In this document: positions 1 through 12,759 of the stretch, one piece after another
Numbering within the stretch: position 1 is the first letter of the stretch
Layout of the letters: each line of letters opens with the position of its first letter
DNA from: Selaginella moellendorffii
Taxonomy: Eukaryota; Plantae; Lycopodiophyta
Assembly (NCBI RefSeq): GCF_000143415.4
Contig: NW_003314333.1
Location: forward strand, 372,001 to 436,000
DNA length: 64,000 nt
Direction: 5' to 3'
Program-made: the position numbers and the translations under genes
The notes under the pieces: model-generated
What the model was told of the DNA's origin: nothing
What the model saw: the letters and a program-made list of their open reading frames with translations, nothing else
Database searches by the model: none

Positions 1-2970
1 ATTCCAACTTAGCATATGTTGTTTAAAAAAGAATTTAAAATGACATTTCTCTTAAATAACTATCACCATCAAGGATTATACTCTATATAAAAGGATTTTC
101 TAATAAAGAGAGTTAGTAAATAAATGAGTTCACAAGAAGATTTTTATACACTAAAGAATATTCTATTAAGGTTTTAGTTGTAATATTTTTATTAAACAGG
201 TATTTAAAAAATAATATTTTAAGTATCTAATATTTTGGGAAATACTTGCTCTTTGATATAGGTTTTTCATTATCATCTAATTCAGAAAAGAAATTTTTAT
301 TTAATATTTTATAATCATTACTTATAATAATTATTTAATTTATATATTTACATTAATTTTTTGTTATTACTATAAAGTCCCTTTTATTGTAATCATAAAA
401 AATGCCCTATATTTTTTTCAGTGTAATTTATAGATAAAATTTATTTTAATTTCAAATACAATGTCAATATCTATTTTTTTCACCTCATATTCAGATGTTA
501 TGAGAATCCAAAGTTTAATATTTGGATTCATCCTATGCAAATGTTGAAATACTTTACAATTTTAACATTTAAAGAATTATGTGTAATTGCAACTTTGTTG
601 TAAAGCTTCCCATTTATAGTATCACTTCTATAAATGAGAATTAAATCTGTATTGTTGCTTGATGTTGATCCTTTACTTTTAACTATAATGCCCTTGAGTA
701 TGTTGTCTTTTCTTCCTTTGACCAAATATTTGTAATCTTTGTATTTTTGTTGGTTCTTGTCTACTAATATGAAATCAAGAAAGATTTAAAGAACTTGAAT
801 GCAATTATAAAGTTTGTATATTTGTAAAGAGCATGGTTGAAAGATAAATATAACATCTAATTGACAACAAAATCTCGGAGAAACTTAAGTCCTAAATTTT
901 AATACAAAGAAATTTTGGAAAAAAAGTTCTATATACTAATGTAAACACGTTTATGAATAAGCTTGTATAGAATTAAAGTGACCAAACACTGTAAATCTAT
1001 ATTTGGTTTGCTTGAGCAAACTTGTAGTGGTATTGAATATATTTAAATATGCTTGGATTCCATTCCAACAATCTAATAGTTTTTTATTTGTAATTTATAA
1101 ACTTTCCTAAACACTTTCTAGTATATTCTTTTTTGTTCTACTATTGATATGGAATATATTAATCTTGACTTATAAATTATAAATATGTTTATAACTATTG
1201 ATCAACTCAATGAATGATACTACTGCAAATTAATTTCCTTAGTCCAACTTTTATTGGTGCTGAAGTATATCACGAATAGTGTTGGCATCAGAAGGTTCTA
1301 GGAGTGGGCCTATCCTTGAGGAGTACCAAGTCGGGAAGACATGGCTCTCCATTACAATTCACGTGTGAACTTGTACGCAAGGCGGTGGATAGAAAAGGGC
1401 CAATAATGGAACGACTTTGGGATCTTGGGAACAGTGTAAGGCTTTCCTCATTGAATGAGGATGTGATCCAGATGAACGTTTAATGTAGCAAATGGGCTAA
1501 TATAGTTGTGGTAAACAATTATAGTTGGGATCACGGGAAAGATGTAAGACTCCAAAACAATAAAGGAGTCACATGATTACCCTCATATAGTTGAGGCTGG
1601 TGCTCATAACTTTGAGACCAGAATTGATGACCATAGGAAGTCAAATACAGAAGAGGACACAAGTCTTCGAAATGGTAGCCGGGGCTACCTCTAATAAATG
1701 CTGGAACAACCCAAGGAGTTGGGGGTGTACTCAGGTATTCTCATCACATGGACAAGTGGTCTTAAGGGGCAAAAGGGTGCCCCAAGAGAACAAATCAAGT
1801 GCCAGAGTAACACTTGCAAAGATGGTTCTTGTGAGTAGGACTTGAATACAAGAAGTTGTATTCCAGTGAGCTAGCACCTCAAAGGTAAGACCTCACGGGT
1901 TGTCGGATGATAAAGTCTAAAAAGCTGGATGACTCAAATAAGAGTCAAGGAATAATCCTAAGGGATTGGTTGAAGCATTTGGACTGAGGTGTATGGTGCC
2001 CCATGAGGTATAGGGAGGATCATAAGATCCAAATATGAGAACAATAGGTATCTCATTGATGACAGAATGTGCCATACTAAAGTTATGGGAAAGATGTTCC
2101 CAGAAGAAAGCAACTTTAGCCCAGAGTTGGGTGTAAACACTATGGTGTGGTGTTAACGAATAGTTAGCATGAGAAACAATTATATTGGTCTTGGCAAAGA
2201 CTTAGACATTAATAAGTAATGTTATAAGGGTAGGCTCGTGGGGCCGATGGTGTGGAGACACTAAATGTGCCAAGGTGTGATACCTTGAGGTTATGATGGT
2301 GGGTTCATAAGAACCCCTTGCCAAGGGAATCCCAACGGAAGCAGGAATGGCATGGCCTAAGTTGGAAAACATGTGGTTAGAGTGTGGTGACCTAGATAAT
2401 GATGGAGGTGTGGAAGCACCAAGCAATGAGTTGTAGGACTTGACAACTATGGGGCAATTAAGCAAAAGGTGCGAAGATAATTGGTTAAATGGGTAAAAGG
2501 TAGCTACCCAAGACTTCTTAATGGCATAAAAAAGTTAGATATATTCTTACAGGGGATAAATTGCTTATGTTGCGATATAGTGAATCAATGTCGTAAAAGG
2601 AAATGCTCATTGTCAAGGAAACCATCATTGGGACACCCAAACACTCTGGAACACCAGGAGGTGGTGTTTAGTGTCGTGAGGGCAATAAATAAGGCCCAAG
2701 GGACTAAGTCCTTAGCAAATGATGGATAGAAGGTGCTATCCAAATGTCCAAGGTTGCGAAGATGGGAGAAGACTATCTACCCAAATTGGACAAAGCCAAA
2801 AATGGAATTTTGGCAAGGCTAGTGAAGGCCCATGAGTAGCAACATTAATCCCGGTGTGTGGGATTATAAGGTGAGCATACCTGGATTAAGGAACCACTCC
2901 CTAGGTTATCAGGTAGGTTCATCCCTAAGAATACTTGCTAAAGCATGATAGAAAGTGCAAAGTTATCCTC

Positions 2971-3987
2971 TGTAAGGGACCGACTCCCCAAGATGTCATA
3001 GGCTAAAAGATCCCCAAAAGCATGACCAAAATGACAAAGAGTTCATCAGATGGGACCGAGTGGAAGATCGAGTCCAAGACTGACTCTGAGACCGAGTTCG
3101 AGATAGAGTCCGGGATCGAGCCGAGGCTGAATCGGAGACCGTGTATGAGACCAAGTTTGAGACCGAGTTCGAGACAAAGTCCAATATCCAAATTGGGTCC
3201 GAGACTGAGTACGAGGTCGAGTCCGAAGTCGAGTCCGAGATCAGGTCCGAGATCGAGTCCGAAATCGAGTCTGAGACCGAGTCCGAAGTCGGGTCCGAGA
3301 TCGAGTCCGAGATCGAATCTGAGACTAAGTCCAAATACTAATACGGGTCAAGGGGTGAAAGCCCAAAGCATGTGTCTCCCAGGGGGGGGGGGGGGGGGCT
3401 TCCGGGGGTTCCCAAAATATAGTAGGGATAGTGAGGTCCAGGAATTTTTCTTGAAGGAACTCTCCTGAGGTTTAAACTGGGGCCCAAGGGCCTTGGGTGG
3501 GAATGAACATGGGCTTGGGTGGGGCCCGAAGGGCCCCCCAGGGAAATGCTCAAAAACAGCTCCCTCTCCCCAAAGGGAAACCGACTGTGGTGCTCCCAGA
3601 TCATGTGGAGTGGTGCCCCACTTGAGTACCTTGTGGCTCATTGGTCCTTGCCCTTCCTAGGGGCTTGGGCCTTCCCTTTGGGATGGAAGTGGGGGGGGGG
3701 GGGGGGGGGGCTTAGTGTGCTTGGCTGCTTGTGCCTGCGGGGAGTGTAGCCGAACCTTAAGTCCAGTCTAACTCGGGGAGGGGGATTGGGAGAGATTTGG
3801 GAATCCGTAGATGGATGGCTAACACTCCATTGCTCGTGCAGTGAGTAGCTGAAACCAAGTAGGACCAAGTAGGAGCTGGTACAATAGGTGGGAACCTTGG
3901 CGAGGGAATTTAGCACAATCCAAGGCGGTGTTGGTCGGATAGACGAGGTAAGTTGGCAAATTGGAAAGGAAAAATTTATGGCTTACA
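2971..3987 (+). repeat. 5' LTR of family A copy 1
   Basis: TGTAAGG...GGCTTACA; homologous to 9328-10463 but lacks about 140 bp at the poly-G run near 3690-3710. Confidence 0.93.
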
Positions 3988-3990
3988 ATT

Positions 3991-4002
3991 TGGTATCAGA
4001 GC
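3991..4002 (+). promoter_or_regulatory. Primer-binding site (tRNA-iMet)
   Basis: TGGTATCAGAGC 3 nt after the LTR end. Confidence 0.95.
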
Positions 4003-4693
4003 CTTTTCCTCAGTTCTAGCAAAGGATAGAGGCGGATTGCTGGGAGATGGCAAAGGCAGGGCATAAGCAAACCCAGGCGGAGATGGAACCTCCGCCAGAG
4101 TTGGAGCTTCCGGTCGAACAAGAGGCTATGGATGAGGAATCCATGCATGAGGAGGACTCCAGTGAGGAAACTTCCAAACAGGAGTCCAGTGGCGAGGTTT
4201 AGTCGTCCAAGGCTCGATTGGATGTTCTAGAAGGACAATTGGTGCAGACCAATGCCCTGTTGGAGACTCTTGTACGCAAGCTAAAGCGTGACGAGAAGCA
4301 GAAGAAAAAGCAAAAGACTGCGGATGCTGGCAGTGCAGAAGGTGCGGAACCTTCGGCAGGGACTAAGGCAAAACCAGACAAGGTGGAATAGACCAAAGTG
4401 GAATCAGTCCCTTAGGCAGTTCCCAAGTACAAACCAAAGCCCCCACCGGTCTTCAAAGGAGTGAACAACTATAAGGTGGTGGAGGATTGGTTTTACGATA
4501 TGGAGGACTACTTTCGAGCATTGCGGTTACCGAGCTCAGAGAAGGTCCCATGTGCAAAACCATACTTGGCAGATAATGCCAAGTCTTGGTGGAGAACAAC
4601 AGAAGCCAACAAAGGACCGGTGGCCACTTGGGAAATGATGAAGGCGAGGATCCGCGCAACTTACGTTCCTCCAAATGCTACTCTGCATCTAAG

Positions 4694-4961
4694 GGACGAG
4701 CTGAGTAGGCTGAAGCAGACTGGAACCATTCAGCAGTATGTGAATGGGTTTATGGCAAAGAGGATACTTGTCACGGACATGGGGGATATGGATGCGTTCC
4801 ATGCCTTCATATCAGGTTTGCAAACCTGGACGAGCTGAGTAGGCTGAAGCAGACCGAAACCATTCAGCAGTATGTGAATGGGTTTATGGCAAAGAGGATA
4901 CTTGTCACGGACATGGGGGATATGGATGCGTTCCATGCCTTCATATCAGGTTTGCAAACCT
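4694..4961 (+). repeat. 134-bp tandem duplication inside gag (frameshifting)
   Basis: 4694-4827 is repeated at 4828-4961; the second family A element (~61880-62020) has a single copy. Confidence 0.9.
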
Positions 4962-7900
4962 GGGCTCGCGGTGAGGTGATGCGGTGGAACCCGACCAACT
5001 ACAAGGAAGCGTTGGATGAGGCCATCAAGGTGCATTTCAACGATAACCTGCGAAAGGGGAACACGACAGGGTCGGGATCCATGTTTAGCAAAGGGGCCAA
5101 ACCAAGGGGAATGTATAGCAGAGGGAAATTCAAGAAGAGTTTCTCTAAGAATGAGTCCTCGGGGTTCCGGAAAGGCAAATCTGGTGGCCAGCGAGTGAGT
5201 ACGTGGGGGAGTCAAGCAAAAAGAGACAAACCCATGGATAAAAAGGTCAAGTTGTATAGCAGCGTGGGAAACAACGTATGCTATAACTGCAGTGAAGCGG
5301 GACACTTTTCGAGGGAATGTCCTTACCCGAAGAAGGCTAGAGCCAATATGGCCATCAAGTCGGGTGAAGTCCAAACTGAGGTATGTGATCCAGTCCCTAA
5401 TTCAAAGTTACTCATTACACGAGCAACTTTGGTAGAGAGTCGTTCGCGACATCTATTAGCCCTCCGAGGGAAGCTCGGAGGTAGCTTTGTTAAGATCCTT
5501 ATTGACACGGGTGCTTCGGATAATTTTGTGGCTGCACAGCTAGACTAACGGTGCAGCGGCTAGGCGAACCAAGGACTATAGAGTTTGTTCAAGGTAGCCA
5601 AAGCACCGATGAGGTACTTCGACAAGCGAGAGTCGAAGTAAGGACATGGAAAGTAGACATGGATTTCACTGTGTTGGACATGGCGGGATTTGACGTGATC
5701 TTTGGAATGGATTGGTTCAATCGGTTCGTGGTAGCCCTGCATGAATAAGGTAGGAACCTTGTGGTACTAGCAAATGCCCAAAGAAGAAGATCTAGGGTGG
5801 AGGCCTAGGATCTAAAGGTAGGTCAAAGCAAGGCCAAAGAGTCCTGCTTAAACTTAGTGTCCACGAGAGGACAACTCACTAAAGGAACTAAGGCAGCCTT
5901 TTTGTGCTTACTCTCGGTGAAGAGTGACAAAAAGATAGGAACAGAAGAAGTACCTTTAGTGATCTAACGGGTGTTGGACCAATTCCAGGATACCATGCTG
6001 GAGGAGCTACTGGCGGGGTTGCCCCCCACACGACCGATAGAACATAAGATTGAGTTGGTCAAGGGTGCTGAGGCGGTGGTTCGTCCCCCCTATCGTTTGA
6101 ACGAAAAAGAACTCAAGGAGCTCAAGTGCCAACTAGAGGAGTTGGTGGACAAAGGGTATGTTAGGTTGCGCAAGTTGCCATATGGGGTGCCGGTGTTATT
6201 TGTGAAAAAGAAAGATGGATCTATGTGCATGTGCATAGATTACCGGTTGCTCAAAAAGTATACAAAGTACCCTTTGCCCAGGATTGAGGACCTGTTCGAT
6301 AGGTTGGGAAGGGCAAAATACTTCTCAAGGATTGACCTAAGGTCAGGATACTACCAAATCAGAGTAGCCAAGGAAGATGTCGAGAAGACAACCTGTCGAA
6401 CGAAGTATGGGAGCTTTGAGTTTCTGGTGATGCCCTTTGGGCTGTGCAATACACCGGCAACGTTTTCGGCATTGATAAATCATATCTTTGTACCCTATCT
6501 GGATCACTTTGTGGTCGTCTATATTGACAACATCCTAATCTATAGCGAGAAGCTAGAGGAGCATGCTGAACACTTGGCGAAGGTGTTTGAGAAACTAAGG
6601 GAACACAAATTATATGCTAAAGAGAGCAAATGTGACTTTGCTCAACAAGAGGTAAAGTTTCTCGGGCATGTGGTGGGCCAGGACGGGCTCAAGGTGGACC
6701 CGGAGAAGGTCCAAGCGATCCAGAAATGGGAACGACCATCGAATGTACATGAGTTGAGGGCGTTCTTGGGGCTATGCAACTACTACTGAAATCTTATCAA
6801 ACACTATTCGAGAGTAACCTTGCCCTTAACGGACCAAACAGGGAAAAGGGAAGATGGTATGGACAGCGGAATGTGAGGCGGCATTTGTCCACCTCAAAGG
6901 GAAGTTGAGGAAGGCTCCTATGTTGGCATTACCAGACTTTGGTAAGGACTTTGAGGTAGAAACGGATGCTTCAGACTTTGCGTTGGGCGCAGTTTTGAAG
7001 CAAGACAACCATCCAGTAGCGTTCTTCTCGAAGAAGTTGGACAAGGCTCAAAGGAATTGGCCTGCCCATGAGAAGGAATTGTTTGCGGTGGTTAAGGCGC
7101 TCAAGGAGTGGCGACACTACCTTGGGAGACACTTCAAGGTTTACAGGGACAATGTGGCAACGAAACACTTCTTGTCACAGCCCGACCTGAGAGGGAAACA
7201 GGGTTGGTGGGCCAATGCTTTGGCCGAGTTTGATTGTGAGATTCTGTACAAGCCTGGGAAGAGCAACATCGTGGCGGATGAGCTAAGTCGAAAAGCGAGC
7301 TTGAGGTTGGCGATATCCAGCGCAACAGCAACCTTCTGGGACGATGTGCGGACAGTATATGAGAACGATGGTCTAGCACAAGAAGTGATGCTAAGGAATC
7401 TAGAGGCACGGGAAGCTCACCAGAGATTTGAGCTGCCAACGAAAGAGAAAACGGGCTATGCGGAATGCAATGGACTCATCTATTACAAGCAAACGAGGGT
7501 GTATGTTCCAGAAGGAGAACTAAGGAAGGTAACCTTAGAAGAGTGTCATGACAGACCCCTTGCGGGACACGGCGGAGTGCCCAAGATGATGGGCTTACTC
7601 AAGAGGAAGTACCATTGGCCCGATATGGCTAAGGACGTCCAAGACTATGTAAAGACATGTCTAACATGTCAGCAGGTCAAAGCCGTGACTAAGGCTAATG
7701 GGGGCTTGTTGCAAAGCATCCCAATTCTAGATCGTCCGTGGAAATGTCTTACGATGGACTTCATCACGGGACTCCCACCAAGCGAGGGGTTTGATGCGAT
7801 ATTTGTGGTGGTGGACCGATTTTCGAAAATGGCACATTTCATACCCACCACAATGGAAGTGGATGTAGAAGGTGTGGCAAAGCTGTTCTTCGAACAAGTG

Positions 7901-8033
7901 GTTCGAGTGCGGGGAAGGCCGGAAGTGATCATCTCAGATCGAGATAAGATCTTCACTAGTAGGTTCTGAAGGACTCTCTTGGAACTGTATCGCACATGGT
8001 TGAAATTCAGCACAGCCTATCACCCACAGACAG

Positions 8034-8080
8034 GTATGGGGTATTAAGTCAAGTTTGGTGGCACTAACACTTCTTGACAG
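8034..8080 (+). other. 47-nt spliceosomal-type intron in the integrase core
   Basis: GTATGG...CACTAAC...TTCTTGACAG; removal restores STAYHPQT-DGQTERVN exactly. Confidence 0.88.
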
Positions 8081-8490
8081 ACGGACAAACGGAAAGGGTG
8101 AATAGGCAGCTGGAGGATTATTTGTGATGCTATGTCTCGGGAGACCAAACCGATTGGGTAAGTCATTTGGGATTTGCGAAAATGTGTTATAACAACTCAC
8201 CACATTCGAGTATCGGGGTGAGTCCATGGGAAGTCATCAATGGGCGAGCTATTGAAGGTCCTGTGGAACTCGGCGTGGCTGAGTATCATGGAGAGCTACC
8301 TGCAGTGGAGGCATTCACGGCGGAAAGGCTCAACATTTGGAATCTATTCCTTGGAACGGGCTCAACAAAGGCAAACCAAGTACGCGAACCAAAAGCGCCA
8401 GGATGTAGAGTTCCAAGCTGGGGAGAAGGTGTGGCTAAACACCAAGAACCTTAGGCTACCAAGTGGGATCAACCGGAAGTTGACCCAAAG

Positions 8491-8542
8491 GTAAAAATGC
8501 ATGTATTCCTGTAAATAAATTGATCTTGAGTTCCTTAAGCAG
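8491..8542 (+). other. 52-nt spliceosomal-type intron in the integrase GPY/F region
   Basis: AG|GTAAAA...TTCCTTAAGCAG|G; removal restores RKLTQR-FAGPYEI. Confidence 0.85.
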
Positions 8543-9315
8543 GTTCGCGGGGCCTTACGAGATTGAGGCACGAATCGGTAAAGTGGCTTACCGACTCCGA
8601 CTTCCTCGAGAGATGGGGAAGATGCACCCAGTGTTCCACGTGAACTTACTCAAGCCGTACTTTGAGGATCCGCTTCGCAAGGACCAAGTAAGACCTTTAC
8701 CTAAGGTTATCCAAGGGGAAGAGGAATACGAAGTCGAGGCCATCCTCAATGAGCGCAAGAACAAGCGATAAGGACCCGAGGTGAGAGAGTTCCATGTGAA
8801 GTGGAAAGGATTTCCACACTACGAAGCAACATGGGAACTGGAGGAGAACCTAGCGAACGTGCGAGATCTAGTGGAGGAATTTCTGCAAGGCAGAACTCTA
8901 TGTACTTATGCAAAGTTCAATTAAAAATATCAATTTGCAAAGTTGAGCAAGTGGCATATGTTGGGACCCAAAGGCACGCCGAAGGTAAGTTAATTAGCAT
9001 GGGTTAGCTAGGTTGACCAGGCGTAGGGCACTACGCCTGACTCCCCGCGGGGATGTCGAATCCGTAGACATATTCTAGGGAGGTTGGGTTCGAGTCCCAA
9101 TCCCCTAGTAAAGCAAGGCTGGGTTCAAGTCCTGACCCCATACTAGGGCGTGGTGAGGTGAGGAGTATAGGGACACCTATACTCCGTTGTCATTGGCTCT
9201 TGGCCAGGGAGGCTAACTTAGGCACACCGCTAAGTGGGGGGATGCCCCCGGAGACATGGTCAACAAGTCGTAGGATAAAAAGAGACGTTCGATGTGGGCA
9301 TCGAACTTCTTCTAT

Positions 9316-9327
9316 GGGTGGTAGAGC
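9316..9327 (+). promoter_or_regulatory. Polypurine tract of family A
   Basis: GGGTGGTAGAGC directly before the 3' LTR; nearly the same as the family B PPT region. Confidence 0.75.
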
Positions 9328-10463
9328 TATAAGGAACCAACTCCCCGAGATGTCGTAGGCTAAAGGATCCCCAAAAGCATGACCAAAATGACAAAGAGTT
9401 TATCGGATGGGACCGAGTCGAAGATCGAGTCCAAGACTGACTCTGAGACCGAGTTCGAGATAGAGTCCGGGATCGAGTCCGAGGCCGAATCGGAGACCGA
9501 GTTCAAGACAGAGTCTGAGATCCAAATTGGGTCCGAGACCGAGTCCAAGGTCAAGTCCGAAGTCGAGTCTGAGATCGGGTCCGAGATCGAGTCTCAAATC
9601 GAGTCCGAGACTAAGTCCAAAGTCGGGTCCGAGATCGAGTCCGAGATCGAATCTGAGACTAAGTCCAAATACTAATACGGGTCAAGGGGTGAAAGCCCAA
9701 AGCATGTGTCTCCCAGGGGGGGCGGGGGCTGCAGGGGGTTCCAAAAGTATAGTAGGGATAGTGAGGTCCAGGAACCAGTCTTGAAGGAACTCTTCAGTGG
9801 TGCTTCCAAATTGACTTGAGGTTGAGACTGGGGCCGAGGGGCCTTGGGTGGGAGTGAGCATGGGCTTGGGTGGTGCCGGAGGGGCCACCCAGGGAAGTGC
9901 TCAAGAGCAACTCCCACTCCCGAAAGGGAAACCGACTGCGGTGCTCCCGGCTCATGTCGAGTGGTGCCCCACTTGAGTACCTTGTGGCTCATTGGTCCTT
10001 GCCCTTCCTAGGGGCTTGGGGCTTCCCTTCGGGATGGAAGTCGGGGGGTAGAGGTACCCATACCGAGCCGTTAGGCCACGGTGTTTCGCTCTGACATCCC
10101 GAAGCAAGTGTTGCACCCAAGGCTTGGGATTTAGAGGGTCCTATGATCAAGTCTTCATGTACCAAGGGGTGTTAAGAACCTGGAGGCTTAGTGTGCTTGG
10201 CTGCTTGTGCCTGCGGGGAGTGTAGCCGAACCTTAAGTCTAGTCTAACCCGGGGAGGGGGATTGGGAGAGATTTGGGAATCCGTAGATGGATGGCTAACA
10301 CTTTGTTGCTCATGTAGTGAGTAGCTGAAACCAAGTAGGACCAAGTAGGAGCTGGTACAATAGGTGGGAACCTTGGCGAGGGAATTTAGCACAAGCCAAG
10401 GCGGTGTTGGTCGGATAGGCGAGGTAAGCTGGCAAATTGGAAAGGAAAAATTTGTGGCTTACA
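9328..10463 (+). repeat. 3' LTR of family A copy 1
   Basis: TATAAGG (mutated TG) ... GGCTTACA; homologous to 2971-3987 and 62724-63886. Confidence 0.92.
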
Positions 10464-12759
10464 TTCTTCTAATCTGGAGGAGAATGACTAAAGGAAAGGT
10501 GTGAAGCCAAAAGCAAGTAGTAAGGGGATAGAACCGAACCATAGGAATCGAAGGGCATGACCAAGGCTGGTTATGCCAGCTGGGAGTGGAGAATTAAGTG
10601 GGGGCTTGAGGGTGTTGTTGCTAGCAACCGTGATGCCATGGAGAGTCTAAAATATGGAATTGTCCATATTAGACTATATGGCAACTAGAAAACTTGTGAA
10701 AAGGGAGGCTTTAGTAAGTTAAGGGACAGAGTTCCTTCAAGGTTCCCAAATACGATTCTAGGTAGTTTAGTACCTAGAAAGGCCAAGTGTAAATGGTTCA
10801 TGGAATGCGTGAAACTAGAGTGGCGCAGTAGAAGCGTGGTCTTGAAGCTTGCTATGAGGCAAGGCTATCAAGGTTAGGGAAGTAGTTCCCGAGTGTTCAA
10901 AGAGAGGGCTTTGAACGAAAGTCAATGGTCAAGGACTTTCATGCTTATGCAAGAACCATGATACAGTGGTCGGAGGACTTGCCAAGCGAGATTGGCAAGT
11001 CGGGGGAACAAATACCCTAGTTGAAGGTGATAACTTCAAAAGGGGGTGGGCCATGGGGCCAAGTATGGAGAAGTCCATGCATGATCACAGACGTGTCAAG
11101 TGAGAGGACTTGGTAATGTGGAGGAACTAAGTTCTTAAGCTATAATCTATAGTGCACTTTAAGTATAAGTTGGTGCACTGGCGTGGGGAGTCACGCCAGG
11201 CATCTAGGGTGATGCTGTCCATAGATGCATATACGGAGGTTGGGTTCGAGTCCCAACCCTCTAGTGCTTGGGTTCAAGTCCCAAATCACTAGGGCGTGGT
11301 GATGGTTTGGAATATGAGGACACTCATATTTCAGTAGTCATGGACTCTCAGTGAGGAGATTGATTTGGGCACACTACCAAGCGAGGGATGCCTCGGAGTC
11401 ATGATGCATGGTTAGATTGCTTAGAGTGAAAGCTTGGCATATCTAACTTGAACACTTTAGTGCAAAGGGCACCAAGGACGTGGTGAATGAGATGGGGACA
11501 CCCAGTCTCAGTTGCTATGGATCCTTGGCCGGAAGGGCTGGCTTGGGCGCACCGCCAAGTGTGGGGGATGCCCCCAGGGTCATAGTCAACAATTTAAAAG
11601 GGTTTGGAAGACTTAGTTCCTATTGGTAGACCTGTTAAGGGGTCAAGATGAGATCACCAAGTGATCTTGTGGCTAAACAAAGACAAGGTCTTTGTTTGGG
11701 TTAAGGAATATGATTCCCAGTTCAAAGTGTTGATTTGAACTATTGATAATGGTGTGGCTTGGTCGAGATGACCAAGTGGGAAGGACAACTAAAGGGAAAT
11801 CAATTGTGCCAATACGATGGTATAGTAAGTTTAAGAAAGTAGTTTCGGGGAGACCCATGGGAGGGTCGCAAAGTTTGGCCATGGACGAAGCCCGTAGCAG
11901 AAATTGCTAAAGAGACCTACTAGGGGTGAGCACCCGCTGGACTTAGCAAAGTAGAGCCTTTGCCATGGAACCAAAAGGATACCTTGAGAATGGAGGTAAT
12001 GATCCTATGTTGCTCAGTGCAACAATCAATGGATAAAAGCAAAAGACTAGTGGCCAAGTGTGGGCCATAGAGTTCATTGGAAGGAATCCAAATGGCAAAG
12101 TTAGGCATGGAACACTAATGTGTTGGATGCTAACGGATTGTGAGAAAGGAAGTGTGCTTCCAAGGATGGATTCCCAAATGCTCCAAGTTGGCAAAGGTGA
12201 AAGCTCCAAGGGAGGGAGTGGCGAAGTAGCCAAAGGATAGGGCCGTGGATATCTCTAGCACAACTTACGATGGCTGGAACTTGGTGCCAAAAGTGGCATA
12301 AAATAGAAAGGAGGACGATGGCACCCTCAAGTGGGGAGCTTTCTAGGATGGGAAGTGAAGTGGCACAATATATGCAGTGAAAGGTGTCAAAGACACTAAA
12401 GAAATTGACTTCGAGAAGTCAAAATTAAAAGTTCCAAGGTGAATTGGTTATGTCAATAGAAGTTGGGACTACTCGAGAATGAGTAGTGGGATTGAGCTAG
12501 AGAACGGGTCTCTAATGGGTTTAGCGAGAATAAACCCAATAAAAGGGAGAGAACCACCTGAGGTGGTCAAATGAGTTTCTATGTTGGAGACACTATGCTC
12601 CTTAGAGGTTGGACAAGGCATGGCGAGCCTTTGATGTCAAACCATTGACAAATATTGGCTAAGTGCCAAGGATGGAGAAGGTAATACATGCTAGTGTTAC
12701 TTTATAAAACGGTTTATCATTTGATAAGGACATCGAACTTCGTCTATGGGTGGTGGAGT

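Larger units (their letters stand above)
4047..8924 (+). pseudogene. gag-pol polyprotein (Gag, CCHC knuckle, protease, RT, RNase H, integrase, chromodomain) with stops, frameshifts and two introns
   Basis: CYNCSEAGHFSREC; LIDTGASDNF; [25 protein letters not shown]; ETDASDFALG; HHCC zinc finger; MDFITGLP, ISDRD, STAYHPQT^DGQTERVN; FAGPY; EYEVEAIL...VKWKGF...ATWELEENL. Confidence 0.95.
2971..10463 (+). mobile_element. Ty3/Gypsy chromovirus LTR retrotransposon (family A, Galadriel-like), full length but decayed
   Basis: Two LTRs, PBS, PPT and gag-PR-RT-RH-INT-chromodomain order. Flanks TCCTC (2966-2970) and TTCTT (10464-10468) are a TSD with two C>T changes; the empty site (TATCCTCCTGGTCTGG on minus) is visible in B copy 2 near 51741-51756. 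Confidence 0.95.

Noticed and set aside
1-1234. Very AT-rich segment with a short ORF at 528-725 (similarly 41300-42950)
   Set aside because: Probably eroded TE sequence, but I see no motif that supports a specific call
5748-5970. Possible Ogre-like intron between protease and RT
   Set aside because: Reads through in frame apart from single-base nonsense codons; no intron is needed
9084-9135. tRNA genes suggested by GGTTCGAGTCCC
   Set aside because: Only T-arm-like hairpins; no acceptor stem, D-arm or anticodon arm
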